The position numbers and the translations under genes are program-made. A stretch of DNA of 64,000 nt from Verrucomicrobiota bacterium (GTDB lineage: Bacteria; Verrucomicrobiota; Verrucomicrobiia; Limisphaerales; AAA164-E04), in the NCBI GenBank assembly GCA_047947115.1, contig CP170459.1, positions 2,080,001-2,144,000 of the forward strand. The letters are read 5' to 3'. Numbering within the stretch: the first letter of the stretch is position 1; each line of letters opens with the position of its first letter. Of the stretch, positions 62,665 to 64,000 are shown piece after piece. The notes below the pieces were generated by a model. The model was not told where the DNA came from and ran no database searches. It saw only the letters and a list, made by a program, of their open reading frames with translations.

Positions 62665-63702
62665 ATGAACGTGTCCACAGAAGAAACCAAAGAACGCAAG
62701 CCGCTGAAAATGGTGCAGTGCGCAGGATGCGGAGCCAACCTGTTCATACCAGGTGATCTGGAGCCGTTGACCACAACGCCTTGCAGCAAATGCGAATACC
62801 CCATCATGATGCCCATGATGTTGCGTCAGTTCAACTTGCTGCGCCCCATCGCCGAGGGCGGGATGGGGGTGGTTTATCGTGCCTTTGACACATCCCTCGA
62901 GCGGGAAGTGGCGGTCAAGCTCATGAAAGCCGAGTTGGCCGAAGACAAGGAGGTTCTCGAAAGTTTTTATCGTGAAGCGCGTGCCTGTGCCTGTCTGAAC
63001 CATAGTAACATCATTCACATCTATACCTTTGATGAGCTCAACGGGATGCGTTATCTGGTGATGGAAGTCGCAGACAACGGGAGCTTGGATGGTCGCATTG
63101 AAGAACAAGGTGTTCTGGACGAGCTGCTGGTTCTGGATGTAGGGATCAAGATGGCATCTGCGCTTGAATCCGCTCTGGCTAAAAATCTGTTGCACCGCGA
63201 TCTAAAGCCCTCGAACATCCTGTTCAACATGGAGAATGAACCCAAGCTGGTCGATTTCGGGCTCGCAGTCAATGCCGATGCGGATCAGAACTTCCATGGA
63301 GCCGTTTGGGGCACTCCCTATTACATTGCCCCTGAAAAGGTGAACCGTGAAGGGGAGACCTTTCTTTCCGACATGTACAGCTTGGCTGGAACCCTCTATC
63401 ACGCTCTGACGGGACATGTTCCGTTTGAAGCTCCGACAATTGAGGAAGTGGTTGCCGCCCATGTGCATACGCAGTTGACGCCTCCTAATCATGTGGTTCC
63501 GTCCATCACGCAGCCTACCTCGGATGCCATTTATCGAGCCATGGCCAAAGAACCTCCCCACCGCTTTCAAAGTTATGGAGAGTTTATCATGGCACTGGAA
63601 AACGCGCGTAGTCAGTTGTTGGTGAATCAGTTGAGAGCCAATAATGCCCCAGCTGCTCCCCCTGCCGGGACAAGTGGTGGTAAAGGTTGGTGGAGGCGTT
63701 AG
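62665..63702 (+). CDS. Hanks-type Ser/Thr protein kinase with N-terminal Zn ribbon
   Basis: CAGC...CSKC, EGGMGVVY, VAVK, HRDLKPSN, DFG, GTPYYIAPE; no TM segment. Confidence 0.92.
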   Translation: MNVSTEETKERKPLKMVQCAGCGANLFIPGDLEPLTTTPCSKCEYPIMMPMMLRQFNLLRPIAEGGMGVVYRAFDTSLEREVAVKLMKAELAEDKEVLESFYREARACACLNHSNIIHIYTFDELNGMRYLVMEVADNGSLDGRIEEQGVLDELLVLDVGIKMASALESALAKNLLHRDLKPSNILFNMENEPKLVDFGLAVNADADQNFHGAVWGTPYYIAPEKVNREGETFLSDMYSLAGTLYHALTGHVPFEAPTIEEVVAAHVHTQLTPPNHVVPSITQPTSDAIYRAMAKEPPHRFQSYGEFIMALENARSQLLVNQLRANNAPAAPPAGTSGGKGWWRR

Positions 63703-63829
63703 GGATTCTCCTCCATTTGTTGAGCTTGATGTTGCACAATTGTGACAGCTCGAACGGATTCAGGGTTTGCACTCTGGAGCGTCAGACGCTAGGCTGAAGC
63801 CATTAGAGTCCAAACCGATATCCACAGAC

Positions 63830-64000
63830 ATGAAGGTTTTTCATCAAAAGTTGTCCATGCGCCTGTCTCTTGTCATCGCAGGAGTCCTCTTACCGCTTCT
63901 TCCGGTGAAATCTGCTTCGCTCGATGAGGGGACGGTACGAGCCCATTGGCTTTTCGCTTCCCATCGTCAGCAGGGGCAAAAGATGTTGCCGATCCAGGGC
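63830..64000 (+). CDS. 5' part of a secreted protein, truncated by window edge
   Basis: Manual translation MKVFHQKLSMRLSLVIAGVLLPLLPVKSASLDEGTVRAHWLF...; signal-like N-terminus and an AHWxF motif like LamG domain starts. Confidence 0.55.
   Translation, partial: MKVFHQKLSMRLSLVIAGVLLPLLPVKSASLDEGTVRAHWLFASHRQQGQKMLPIQG

Overview
Gene-dense bacterial chromosome segment. The PSD1/DUF1553-DUF1501 pair, the PVC-type heme-binding protein and the LEPR-XLL giant protein point to the PVC superphylum, most likely Verrucomicrobiota (inference). Left part: a minus-strand operon (Tat-exported Gfo/Idh/MocA-like protein, a degenerate paralog, a YhdT/DUF997 protein and a Na+/solute symporter running off the edge), a PQQ-like propeller, an RCC1-repeat protein, and a CusCBA-type heavy-metal RND efflux operon with a Cys-rich leader ORF upstream and a coupled methyltransferase plus small antitoxin-like ORF downstream. 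Centre: a sulfatase, then a 23.4-kb gene for a 7,793-aa acidic extracellular protein (LEPR-XLL N-terminus, BNR propeller with eight inserted repeat modules, long unassigned beta-rich body, RTX/Calx-beta/SdrD-B repeats) and a 1,603-aa companion with nested domains (lamin-tail, LamG, IgGFc-binding, HYR). Right part: a chimeric ECF sigma factor lacking sigma4, a frameshifted Y1 HUH transposase flanked by three-hairpin REP-like units, the PSD1/DUF1501 pair, a ceramidase-LamG-PVC heme fusion, a cyclophilin, two methyltransferases, a HAD phosphatase, a Zn-ribbon Ser/Thr kinase and a partial secreted protein. No rRNA, tRNA or CRISPR array seen. All family calls are by motif recognition; no searches were run.
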